Assembly: GCA_038045445.1 (NCBI GenBank)
Contig: JBBSYC010000003.1
Location: 1-61,596 of the forward strand
Length of the DNA: 61,596 nt
Source of the DNA: Nanobdellota archaeon
GTDB taxonomy: Archaea; Nanobdellota; Nanobdellia; Pacearchaeales; GW2011-AR1
Direction: 5' to 3'
A program made the translations under genes and the position numbers. The first letter of the stretch is position 1. Every line of letters starts with the position of its first letter. This document shows positions 53,000 through 61,492 of the stretch, piece by piece. The notes below the pieces were generated by a model. The model was not told the DNA's origin, did not search any database, and saw nothing but the letters and a program-made list of their open reading frames with translations.

Positions 53000-54027
53000 A
53001 AAAATTAGTTTTATTCCTAATAGTAGTCAACTTAGCAATAGTAAGCGCTGAAATAGAACAAACTCCATATACTCCGGAGATAATCACTGCAATTGATCCA
53101 ACAGTAATACCTGTAAGTTTCTTTAACGAAGGAAAAGAAGCCCAATATAAAGCAGTTATAAAAGAAGAATCATCTCTAGTAAAACTCGAATATTCTTCAA
53201 TAAATGTAAAAGAGAATGAATTTGGTTCATTCAACTTACTTATAGGAGAAAATAATCCTGAAGAAGGTATCTATTTCAATAGCATGTCAATATACAAGGA
53301 TGAAGAATTATTTCAAAAAATCCCTATTATAATAGCAATAGAGTCAAAAAAACCATATTATGACCTTTCAATAAAATTAGACCAATCATCAGATGTTTCA
53401 TTTATAGGAACTAGTTCTGAAGTAATAATATCTCCGACAATTACAGTATACAAGTTAAACTACAATATAAGAACCCCATCAAGCACGGCATTAAGATTTT
53501 TTGTTTATAGTTTAGAAGGAAAACTTCTTTATTCATCTGAAGAAGTAATCTCTGTATCAAGACAAAGTTCGTTTGAGATATTAGCAAATATTGGGGCAGA
53601 CTATCCAGAAGAAGTGATTGTATATGTTGAAGCCCTAAGTAACCCAAGCGGAAGCGAACAAACATTGGGTTTAGATTTATATCAGCTAAGCTTAGAAGAT
53701 AAACTTCTATTGAGTCCTCCTCTTGAAATAAATGATTATTCCTCAAAAATATATTTTGGAATATTCTTATTTCTTTTATGCTCAATCATTCTAATAAGCT
53801 ATCTATGGCATAATAAATCGGTAGAACAAGCAAAGGGTTGGAAATCAAGACTAAACGAAATAAAGAACACTAATTTTGGTGAAGCAGCTAAAAGTCTGAG
53901 AAAACTAAAAGACCAAAAAGATACACTTGAAAGAGCCTATTCAAATCACTACATTTCAAAGAACTCATTCGATACTGCTATGAAAGAAATATCAAAATTA
54001 GCAAACCAATTAAAGAAACGTTTATAA
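52996..54027 (+). CDS. bitopic surface protein (343 aa) with ~70-aa cytoplasmic coiled-coil tail
   Basis: Signal-like N-terminus, beta-rich ectodomain, TM (IYFGIFLFLLCSIILISYLW), then a Lys/Glu-rich helical tail. Overlaps the previous stop by 4 nt. Confidence 0.65.
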   Translation: MKKLVLFLIVVNLAIVSAEIEQTPYTPEIITAIDPTVIPVSFFNEGKEAQYKAVIKEESSLVKLEYSSINVKENEFGSFNLLIGENNPEEGIYFNSMSIYKDEELFQKIPIIIAIESKKPYYDLSIKLDQSSDVSFIGTSSEVIISPTITVYKLNYNIRTPSSTALRFFVYSLEGKLLYSSEEVISVSRQSSFEILANIGADYPEEVIVYVEALSNPSGSEQTLGLDLYQLSLEDKLLLSPPLEINDYSSKIYFGIFLFLLCSIILISYLWHNKSVEQAKGWKSRLNEIKNTNFGEAAKSLRKLKDQKDTLERAYSNHYISKNSFDTAMKEISKLANQLKKRL

Positions 54028-54058
54028 ATAGAATTGCTCTAAAACCCCTAGATAAAAA

Positions 54059-54349
54059 ATGGTGACAAAAGGAAAATCCGCACTCTCTGGTGCAATAAAA
54101 GATATTGAAAACGAGATAAAATCTTTAAACAAGGAAAAAGATTCTCTAAAAAAATCAATAGAAAATATTTCAGGAAACATTTCTGAAAGTCGTCAGAAAG
54201 AATTGTCACTGCAAAAATCTCTAGCAAACCTCGCAGAAAAAGAAGCAAAACTTACAGAACGTAAAAAATCTCTTGAAAGCAAATCAGACAATCTAGCAGA
54301 TAAACTAGGCAAAATGTCTAAGATAAAATCTGAAATGAAAGATATTTAG
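54059..54349 (+). CDS. small coiled-coil protein (96 aa)
   Basis: Lys/Glu/Ser/Leu-rich heptad-like sequence with no hydrophobic segment. It directly follows the surface cluster. Confidence 0.5.
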   Translation: MVTKGKSALSGAIKDIENEIKSLNKEKDSLKKSIENISGNISESRQKELSLQKSLANLAEKEAKLTERKKSLESKSDNLADKLGKMSKIKSEMKDI

Positions 54350-54356
54350 ACATTTC

Positions 54357-54725
54357 ATGAAAACATCCATATTATATAAAGGAAAAAGATTATTAATAGA
54401 AGTAAAAAAAACTAATTTTTTAACAAAGGGCTTAGGCTTAACATTTAGAACAAAAAATACTCAGAATCTTATATTCGATTTCTCAAAACCAGTAACATGG
54501 CAAGGCAACTTGACTTCTATTTTTGTATTCTTTCCATTTTTAGCATTGTGGCTCGATAATAGAAATCGTGTAATTGCTGTAAAAATAGTAAACCCTTTCA
54601 CTATATCTATATCTCTAAAAAAACCATTTTACAAGATAATAGAAGTCCCATTTAATTCAAAAAACGAGGCAATTTTAAGGAATTTTATTAAAAAAGGTCA
54701 TTTTAACAGGTATTTTCGACGATAA
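54357..54725 (+). CDS. DUF192-like protein
   Basis: 122 aa. The pattern GLGLTFR...LIFDF...FPFLALWLDNRNRVIAVKIVNPF loosely matches DUF192. Confidence 0.45.
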   Translation: MKTSILYKGKRLLIEVKKTNFLTKGLGLTFRTKNTQNLIFDFSKPVTWQGNLTSIFVFFPFLALWLDNRNRVIAVKIVNPFTISISLKKPFYKIIEVPFNSKNEAILRNFIKKGHFNRYFRR

Positions 54726-54795
54726 AATAGGTATTTTGGCATTTACCGTCGAAACATTTATATATTGGAGGCATTTTTATATTATGGAGGTGTTT

Positions 54796-54921
54796 ATGGG
54801 AAAAATTATTGCAAAGAATATCGTTAAGCGCCAACATGGTTACTTGTACTATGTAGATGCTCACGGCAACGTTTGTGAGGCTAAAATGTCTCGCGGCGGA
54901 AGAAAGAAGAAGCGCAAGTAG
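54796..54921 (+). CDS. small basic protein (41 aa)
   Basis: ATG 54796 follows a strong GGAGGTG (54786-54792). Sequence: MGKIIAKNIVKRQHGYLYYVDAHGNVCEAKMSRGGRKKKRK. The upstream part of the track ORF (from 54736) looks non-coding. Confidence 0.5.
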   Translation: MGKIIAKNIVKRQHGYLYYVDAHGNVCEAKMSRGGRKKKRK

Positions 54922-54998
54922 TTGCGTTTAAAAAAGAATTTATAATTTTTAATATTTTATTTACATAGTTTTTTAATGTCTTTTTTATTAAGAAAAAG

Positions 54999-55970
54999 AT
55001 GATAGTCGGAATAGAAACAACAGCTCACACATTCGGAGTGGGCATAGTAGACAAGGGAAAGATTCTCGCAAACGTAAAAGACATGTATAAGCCTCAAGAA
55101 GGAGGTATAATCCCAAACAAAGGCGCAGAACACCATAAATTAGTTGCAGACAAAATATGGCATGAAGCTCTTTCAAAAGCACAATGCTCTGATTCAGATA
55201 TCAAAGCAATAGCTGTCTCAAATTCTCCTGGTCTAGCCCCATGTTTGCATGCAGGCATCAATTTCGCAAAAGAAAAAGCAACAAAACTAAACATCTCATT
55301 AATTCCTGTAAATCACTGCATCGCTCATCTTGAGATAGGTCAAAGCGTTGGTGCAAAAGACCCTGTTTTGCTTTATGCTTCTGGAGCCAATACTCAAATA
55401 ATTGCATACTCTGCAAAAAAATACAGAATCTTTGGAGAAACCTTAGACTTAGGAGTAGGAAACTTCATAGACACATTCGGAAGATATGTAAATATTCCAT
55501 TTCCCGCAGGTCCTGTATTAGAAGGAAAGGCAAAAAATGGAAAATATATAGAATTACCCTATTCAATAAAGGGTATGGATGTCTCTTTTTCAGGAATGCA
55601 GACTAAATTAAAACAACTATATGACAAAGGCAATAAGATAGAAGACCTTGCATTTTCCATACAAGAAACAGCATTCGCAATGCTTGTTGAAGCAAGTGAA
55701 AGAGCTCTAGCACACACAAACAAAAGCGAGCTAGTCTTAGGCGGAGGAGTAGCATGCAACTTAAGACTTCAGGAAATGTGCAGACTAATGTGTGAATCAA
55801 GAAATGCAAAATTATTTTGTCCTGCAAAAGAATTCCTCACAGATAATGGTGCAATGATAGCATATACAGGAGAGATAATGTTCAATTCAGGAATAAAGTG
55901 CAAACCAGAAAGCATTGAAGTCTTACCGAGAGAAAGAACAGATATGATTGATGTTGTGTGGAAAAAATAA
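54999..55970 (+). CDS. kae1: tRNA N6-adenosine threonylcarbamoyltransferase Kae1
   Basis: 323 aa. It has the ASKHA fold signature IVGIETTAHTFGVGIV, metal-binding HCIAHLE, and GGGVACNLRL...DNGAMIA. No Bud32 fusion. Confidence 0.9.
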   Translation: MIVGIETTAHTFGVGIVDKGKILANVKDMYKPQEGGIIPNKGAEHHKLVADKIWHEALSKAQCSDSDIKAIAVSNSPGLAPCLHAGINFAKEKATKLNISLIPVNHCIAHLEIGQSVGAKDPVLLYASGANTQIIAYSAKKYRIFGETLDLGVGNFIDTFGRYVNIPFPAGPVLEGKAKNGKYIELPYSIKGMDVSFSGMQTKLKQLYDKGNKIEDLAFSIQETAFAMLVEASERALAHTNKSELVLGGGVACNLRLQEMCRLMCESRNAKLFCPAKEFLTDNGAMIAYTGEIMFNSGIKCKPESIEVLPRERTDMIDVVWKK

Positions 55971-55979
55971 AAGAAAGAA

Positions 55980-56390
55980 TTATCTAACTATCAAGTTTCC
56001 TTTCATTCCATTTGCCCTGTGCTCCCCAACACTGCAATAATACTCAAATGTTCCTGTCTTGTCAGCAGTAAACTCCGCAAATGTGACCCCATCAGTATCT
56101 TTAACTTGTTTTGTCGCAATTTCAAACTCATCGACTACCCAATCATGAAACCCCTGGGTGCTTGAAAACTCAATTCTTACTCTTTCTCCTTTATTGACTA
56201 TAATATCCGGATTACTCTTTCCATCCATCACAAACTTGAAATTCTCTCCAGTAATAACAAACTCATTAACCTCACCTTCAATATTTAAGTTAGAATCGCG
56301 AACATTTTCAGAGTCAGACTTTCCAGAGAAGGAAAAAGCAAGTACTCCTGCAATAACCACAACTATCAAACCAATCACCAGTTTATTCAT
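55980..56390 (-). CDS. cupredoxin (plastocyanin/halocyanin-like blue copper protein), membrane-anchored
   Basis: N-terminal TM from the internal ATG (MNKLVIGLIVVV). Type-1 Cu ligands are in GFHDW...YYCSVGEHRANGMKG. Confidence 0.75.
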   Translation of the reverse strand: MNKLVIGLIVVVIAGVLAFSFSGKSDSENVRDSNLNIEGEVNEFVITGENFKFVMDGKSNPDIIVNKGERVRIEFSSTQGFHDWVVDEFEIATKQVKDTDGVTFAEFTADKTGTFEYYCSVGEHRANGMKGNLIVR

Positions 56391-56468
56391 TAGATTATTT
56401 CGTCTCCACATTTTATAAATGCTTCGAAGTAAGATTTAAAAGGTAGTTTTTTATTGATGTTTAAGTAA

Positions 56469-56540
56469 GCTCGTCTAGTATATCGGTTAGTACATGGCCC
56501 TGTCGCGGCCAAGAGCCGGGTTCGATTCCCGGGACGGGCG
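56469..56540 (+). tRNA. tRNA-Asp (anticodon GUC)
   Basis: Hand-folded. Acceptor is GCTCGTC/GACGGGC. Anticodon stem is TGGCC/GGCCA with loop CTGTCGC. T arm is CCGGG-TTCGATT-CCCGG. Confidence 0.9.
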
Positions 56541-56626
56541 TAAAGAAAACATGTAACGTTCTAACAACATTGATAAGGGAGGGCTTTTATTTAAATCTAT
56601 TGTCTTATTGATATAAATTGAGATAA

Positions 56627-56851
56627 TCATTTTATATAATATCTAACTAAATATATTGTAAGTCCAAGCAAAGCAACAATAAATATAATCCAATCAAGAG
56701 GAAGAGATAAAATTGTGCAAGTTAATTTAATCACTAGCTTTGCAGTTCCTAACTCTTGATTTACAACTTTGCAAACCTCCTCTTTCAATATTAATCCTAA
56801 TGCAAGACCAATTATTGCTATGAAGATTATAAGTACCCATTTGTTTGCCAT
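56627..56851 (-). CDS. small two-helix membrane protein
   Basis: 74 aa with two hydrophobic helices. Confidence 0.45.
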   Translation of the reverse strand: MANKWVLIIFIAIIGLALGLILKEEVCKVVNQELGTAKLVIKLTCTILSLPLDWIIFIVALLGLTIYLVRYYIK

Positions 56852-56899
56852 TATGCAAATTAAGATTTCAAGTTAATAAAGATAGGGGTAATTTGTTTC

Positions 56900-57814
56900 T
56901 TAACTATTTGATTCTTCCTCTTCTATCACAAATATTCCAGCTCTTCTTAGATAACTATCAAATCCAAATGGCATCATTCTGCTATAAATAAGATCATTAA
57001 TTATCTTCCCTAATTTATATTGATAAGAAGTAATGGAGTTATTGATAGAATGGGGATAAGGAATAGTGCAACGTCCACCATCAACACTTACAGCCCAAAG
57101 CTTATCTATCTCAGAGTTACCGTAGAAAACTAAGTAATGGTCTGTAGTTCCATGTTGATCTGGGAAATTTTTTAACCATTCTCCTTGAAATTCATGTGAC
57201 TGCTCAAATGGTTCTGCTTTTATGAATAGTTGAGCATCTTTTTTATAAGTATAAATCTTCAAGTCCCCACTTACATTCCAGTCATTTGGTTCAGATTCCA
57301 TTATTCTCTTTTTTATGTTTTCTAATGAAGAATGCCTGATTACAAACTGAGGAAAGTGTTTAACCATCAAATCATCACTCTCTGCTAATTTTAGACAAAT
57401 ATCTTCCCAAAATAAGATTCGTATTCCAAATTTGCCAGAAGCCGTTCTTTTTTCATCAATGAGTCTTACTTCTTCTTGTATCTTAGAATCATGGCTTGAA
57501 GAGGTAGCAATTATGAAATCTTTCAGAGCAGGTTTGAATTTTTCTGCTAGATTTATCATTTCTTCGATGTCTTTTATTGAAATTTGTGAATCTTTGCATT
57601 GAACACCAGCATAACCTCCCTTTAAAAAAATAGGTTTACCGTATATGTCTATCCCCTCCTGTTTTTGACCTAGTCTTCCGTTTCTAGTTGCTAAATTATC
57701 TCCCCAAACTAGCTTTATTGCATCTGCAACTATATTTTCAAATTCTTCCCAAGACTTTGGTTTTGGTAAGTCTGTTGTAGCAAATGAGGGCATACCTCGC
57801 AGATTGTTTTTCAA
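56900..57814 (-). CDS. Mrr-like (PD-(D/E)xK) restriction-endonuclease-fold protein fused to an unknown C-terminal domain
   Basis: The N-terminal ~150 aa show the Mrr_cat-like pattern (WEEFENIVADAI...GQKQEGIDIYG...YAGVQCK...FIIATSS). The C-terminal ~150 aa have no recognisable motif. Confidence 0.55.
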   Translation of the reverse strand: MKNNLRGMPSFATTDLPKPKSWEEFENIVADAIKLVWGDNLATRNGRLGQKQEGIDIYGKPIFLKGGYAGVQCKDSQISIKDIEEMINLAEKFKPALKDFIIATSSSHDSKIQEEVRLIDEKRTASGKFGIRILFWEDICLKLAESDDLMVKHFPQFVIRHSSLENIKKRIMESEPNDWNVSGDLKIYTYKKDAQLFIKAEPFEQSHEFQGEWLKNFPDQHGTTDHYLVFYGNSEIDKLWAVSVDGGRCTIPYPHSINNSITSYQYKLGKIINDLIYSRMMPFGFDSYLRRAGIFVIEEEESNS

Positions 57815-57871
57815 TATAAATAACTTCTGGAACTGTAGAAAAGTCTATTAAATAAGACTCTTTCTAAAGAT

Positions 57872-58015
57872 ATGGCAAAAGATGATTTTTGGGACGAATT
57901 GGCTAAAATAGGATTGGTCTTGGGTTCAGTATGGCTGGGTGCAAGATTTTTAGAAACTTTTACAGATAAAGACAAGAACAAAGATAAGGGTGCTGGAGGG
58001 AATGTTAATGTCTAA
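57872..58015 (+). CDS. possible 47-aa single-TM peptide
   Basis: MAKDDFWDELAKIGLVLGSVWLGARFLETFTDKDKNKDKGAGGNVNV. It overlaps the start of the next small membrane ORF and is below the track cut-off. Confidence 0.3.
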   Translation: MAKDDFWDELAKIGLVLGSVWLGARFLETFTDKDKNKDKGAGGNVNV

Positions 58016-58217
58016 TAAACAGATAATTGGAGGTCTCTTAGGCTTTATTGTTTTTACAATACCTCTCGTTTTTCTTGGAATTTCAATATTTTCATCAGGA
58101 ATAGCAAGAATTGTAGGAATGATATTATCTTTTCTATGTCTTGTAATCTTAATGACAAAGGACTTTAAGGAGCTTGGTGCTGAATTATCAAAATTAAAAT
58201 TTTGGGTAAAAAGATAG
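58002..58217 (+). CDS. small two-helix membrane protein
   Basis: About 71 aa from ATG 58002. GGAGGG lies just upstream. Confidence 0.45.
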   Translation: MLMSNKQIIGGLLGFIVFTIPLVFLGISIFSSGIARIVGMILSFLCLVILMTKDFKELGAELSKLKFWVKR

Positions 58218-58224
58218 ATAAAAA

Positions 58225-58647
58225 TTATATATCTTTAAAGATGCCCATCAAAATAAGAGGTTTGACTTCTTCACCATCTCTTAACTTTAATCTTCCTCTC
58301 TGGATTATTTTCCCATCTTCTAACTTTGAAACAATCATAAAACCAGATAGAAATTTCTGAAATATTAAGACATTCTGGATACCAATGTGTTTTTGTTCAT
58401 CAAAAGAAGGAATAATACTTTTTTCTGTAGCTTCGTGACAAGGTCTACAGACCAGTTCTGCATAGCGATAACCTTCGGTTTCATAGCTAAGATGGTGAAT
58501 TTCAAGATTGAGCAAAGGCAAGACTTTTTTACAACGATTACAAAATGGTTCTGAACTAAAATTTGTTGAATAATGCTCAAGAATCATACTATGATGTTTA
58601 TTCAGCTTTCTTCTGTCTGATTTGCGAATTGTTTCTTTTGTAGTCAT
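58225..58647 (-). CDS. HNH-type nuclease-like zinc-finger protein
   Basis: 140 aa. CNRCKK...LEIHHLSY...LVCRPCHEATE fits a CxxC...HH...CxxCH HNH-like motif. Confidence 0.5.
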   Translation of the reverse strand: MTTKETIRKSDRRKLNKHHSMILEHYSTNFSSEPFCNRCKKVLPLLNLEIHHLSYETEGYRYAELVCRPCHEATEKSIIPSFDEQKHIGIQNVLIFQKFLSGFMIVSKLEDGKIIQRGRLKLRDGEEVKPLILMGIFKDI

Positions 58648-58697
58648 TAATTATCTCAAATATAATATCTTATAAACTGTTCTGTTATGTTTTTAAC

Positions 58698-59588
58698 ATG
58701 GCTAAGAAGAAAGGAAAGAGATTTAAACAAAAATTAGAGGAAACCATGTTTTCCTATTTTGATAGATTAAACGAAGATGTTAAAGTCAGAGATAAAAAAT
58801 CCAAGCAAGAGGAAATAGCTAGAAAAAATCAGCAAGTTCTTTATAAATGGGCTTTCTTTATTGCATTGACATTGTCAATTACAGTTTCTTTTTTGCTTTA
58901 CCTATACTTACATCTACCAGGAGGATTATGGTTTTTCATACTTTTTGGGATAACTTTTATGTTTGGGATAATCTTAGCAGATGTCTTTGTTACAAAAAAT
59001 GAAGCGAGAAATAAAGACAATATAAAGATATTATTTGAGATTATTACTTTACTAGTGTTAGTTGGACAATTTGTTGTAATGGTAAATCAGTCAACCATAC
59101 TATCACAACAAACTTCAATTTTAGATAGAAGTTCTTCTCCGAATCAAGCATCTATAGAGATAATTGAAGATAAGTCTGATCTAAAAATCTCAGCACTTGA
59201 AATGGTTAGAAGCAATGAATTAAATAAAAAAGTCGAAGAAAGATGGGCTAGAATTAAATTAACTTTTCTCAATTTTGGGCAGATGGAGACTTCAGAATTA
59301 TATTGTTTTGAAAAACATAAAAGCGACTCAATCTCTGTTTATATTAACCCACCTGAATCTGGAGATTTTAGTAATATTGCTCCTTTGTCTCATATCGGTG
59401 CAGAATTACATGTGAAATATAGTGAATGTTATGAAGGGAATGAAAAAATGTGTGATAAACCTGAATTAGTTCCAACTGGAAATTATACTGTTTCTCTAGA
59501 ATGTGAGTGCTATGGGTGTAAAGATCAAAGGATTTTTGAGAAGAATATTTCAATTTGTATTTGGCAAAACAATGAGAGAGAGTGTTAA
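58698..59588 (+). CDS. membrane protein with Cys-rich extracytoplasmic C-terminal domain
   Basis: 296 aa with a charged N-terminus and three hydrophobic helices. The C-terminal domain has several Cys (CYEGNEKMC, LECECYGCKD). The stop lies 2 nt before the next gene. Confidence 0.5.
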   Translation: MAKKKGKRFKQKLEETMFSYFDRLNEDVKVRDKKSKQEEIARKNQQVLYKWAFFIALTLSITVSFLLYLYLHLPGGLWFFILFGITFMFGIILADVFVTKNEARNKDNIKILFEIITLLVLVGQFVVMVNQSTILSQQTSILDRSSSPNQASIEIIEDKSDLKISALEMVRSNELNKKVEERWARIKLTFLNFGQMETSELYCFEKHKSDSISVYINPPESGDFSNIAPLSHIGAELHVKYSECYEGNEKMCDKPELVPTGNYTVSLECECYGCKDQRIFEKNISICIWQNNEREC

Positions 59589-59590
59589 AA

Positions 59591-60328
59591 ATGATAAAAT
59601 GTTCAAAATGTAAATCTGAGTTAGAAATTCTTGAAGAGGATTTTGAATCTATGAGTGAGGGTCAGCAGGCAGATTATAATGCTGGTCTTTGGAGAACTTG
59701 TTATTGTCCTACTTGTAAAACATCTAGTCTTGTGGAAGGTCATTTCTCGGAGCCTTCATTTCTAGATGAAGAGGATTATATTGATGACACAATTGATGAA
59801 AGCACTTTTGAAGATTTAATTGATAGAGCTATAGATAAGAGGTGCTTTATTGAAGTCATTTCTCTTGTTCATAATGCAATAGAATTTTATTTGAAAAAAA
59901 GACTAATTAAAAAAATATTCCCGATGAGCAAAGAAGAATACAATGATCCGAGTATTAAAGAAAAAGTAAATATTTTAGAAAATAAATGGGGTTCTATAAA
60001 ATATATGAACGATTATAAAGAAATGTGTTTTTTGTTTGATTTAATAAAAAAGGACATTTATGATAAAATCACAAAATTCAATAGTTTAAGAAATACAGCA
60101 ATACATAAACTTTTGAAGACTGATAAAAAAGAATGGGCTGTATCTAAATACAAGTATGGAGAAATTGTCCAAACAGCAATATTAGGCAGAGAAATTCAAT
60201 TAAGATTAAGTCCAATTGACCACTCAGAAAAAGATGTAAATAAGATTCTTGAAAGATTTAAATTAGAACCAGAAGACTCAGATGACCCATTTTTAAGTGA
60301 TTATGGTGTTGGTTATAACATTTTTTGA
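59591..60328 (+). CDS. zinc-ribbon protein with C-terminal HEPN-like Rx4H motif
   Basis: N-terminal CSKC...CPTC. Motif LRNTAIHK places Arg at 60089-60091 and His at 60104-60106, within an all-helical C-terminal half. Confidence 0.45.
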   Translation: MIKCSKCKSELEILEEDFESMSEGQQADYNAGLWRTCYCPTCKTSSLVEGHFSEPSFLDEEDYIDDTIDESTFEDLIDRAIDKRCFIEVISLVHNAIEFYLKKRLIKKIFPMSKEEYNDPSIKEKVNILENKWGSIKYMNDYKEMCFLFDLIKKDIYDKITKFNSLRNTAIHKLLKTDKKEWAVSKYKYGEIVQTAILGREIQLRLSPIDHSEKDVNKILERFKLEPEDSDDPFLSDYGVGYNIF

Positions 60329-60427
60329 AAATCTTACATTTTCTAACTATTTTTAACATTTTTATTTATAGATATGAGAAAGATTTAAAGTGAATAAGAA
60401 TAAATATAACCAACTCTTCATATTATA

Positions 60428-60976
60428 ATGAAACTCGAGAAATGCAAGGTAACGAAACACCCTGAAATTGCAAAAGAAATTGAGAAACTTAAAATGAGGG
60501 GCTTTGGGTTAAGGACAATTAAATCTCTTATTTCTCAAGAACACGGAATTGAATTTAGCCACCAGACAATCGCTAATTATCTTGATACAAAGGGCGTTTC
60601 AATGGAAGTTATTATAGAAACAGACAAATCTTTGAAAAAAGAAGCTGAAGATTGGCAGAATAGATATTATGAGAGATATAAGAGGTTATGTGGTTGGAGC
60701 GATGATTTAGGAGATATGATGGATAAGCTAAAGAACCAACTAACTCCTGAAGAATACCTAAAGTATGCTCCACTTATAATAGCCTTATCAAAAGAAATAT
60801 TAAATCAGTTAGAATTTATCCGAAAAGAGCAAGAAAGAGTGGACAACAAAAAGAAAGAAGAACGCCCAAGTAATAAGGACTCATTACAAGAACTAATAAA
60901 AAACTTAGGAGAGTTAGAAAGAGAAGGTATAGTGACAGTCAATCCAAAATACAGAGAGTTAATTGTTTTAAGATAG
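60428..60976 (+). CDS. helix-turn-helix DNA-binding protein
   Basis: 182 aa. The N-terminal HTH-like segment is GFGLRTIKSLISQEHGIEFSHQTIANYL, followed by a charged helical rest. Confidence 0.45.
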   Translation: MKLEKCKVTKHPEIAKEIEKLKMRGFGLRTIKSLISQEHGIEFSHQTIANYLDTKGVSMEVIIETDKSLKKEAEDWQNRYYERYKRLCGWSDDLGDMMDKLKNQLTPEEYLKYAPLIIALSKEILNQLEFIRKEQERVDNKKKEERPSNKDSLQELIKNLGELEREGIVTVNPKYRELIVLR

Positions 60977-60994
60977 TGTCAATATTTCGTCAAA

Positions 60995-61492
60995 CTATAT
61001 TAAACCTTCATTAAGTAAGACAATTTGAAGTATTTCATGTACTACTTTAAATGAATGCTCTACAAGATTCATATTTCTTTGTCCAATACTATCATCCCTC
61101 TCCAAATCCTTTGCTCCATGATTAAGATTACCTCTTGGAACATAGCAGAAGTTTAATATTTCATTTAAGTCTTTCTCAGAATTAAGGTAAAAAACCTTAT
61201 TATTTTCCACATTAACAACGGGGCTTTCTTTAATTAGGATCTTAATACTGTTCTTGAATAAGTCGGTTTTATTCCAGTTGTTAAACATTATTTGATGAGC
61301 TTGTGCAAACTTTTCTCTTTTGTTTCTATTATTTCCAGAATACCCCTTATGATCCAAAAAACCATCAAATGCTGTCCAAATATCTCTTAATCCTTCTGCA
61401 TAGAATAGTTTATCCAATCCATCTCTCAAACCAATTATCTTTTTGTTAGCTCTCTTGTAATGAGTTAAGCAAGCCTCTTTACTTTCAGCCAT
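60995..61492 (-). CDS. HEPN-like protein (RxNLxHGxK motif)
   Basis: 165 aa, all-helical looking. Motif VPRGNLNHGAKD (61118-61135) resembles the Rx4H motif of HEPN RNases of the MAE_28990-like type. Confidence 0.45.
   Translation of the reverse strand: MAESKEACLTHYKRANKKIIGLRDGLDKLFYAEGLRDIWTAFDGFLDHKGYSGNNRNKREKFAQAHQIMFNNWNKTDLFKNSIKILIKESPVVNVENNKVFYLNSEKDLNEILNFCYVPRGNLNHGAKDLERDDSIGQRNMNLVEHSFKVVHEILQIVLLNEGLI

Noticed and set aside
48247-53785. Antisense ORFs inside the surface cluster (48247-48480, 48898-49086, 50008-50196, 50614-50955, 51573-51800, 52971-53234, 53441-53785).
   Set aside because: Each lies within a longer plus-strand ORF that has coherent signal, TM and domain features. 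The antisense translations lack any such features.
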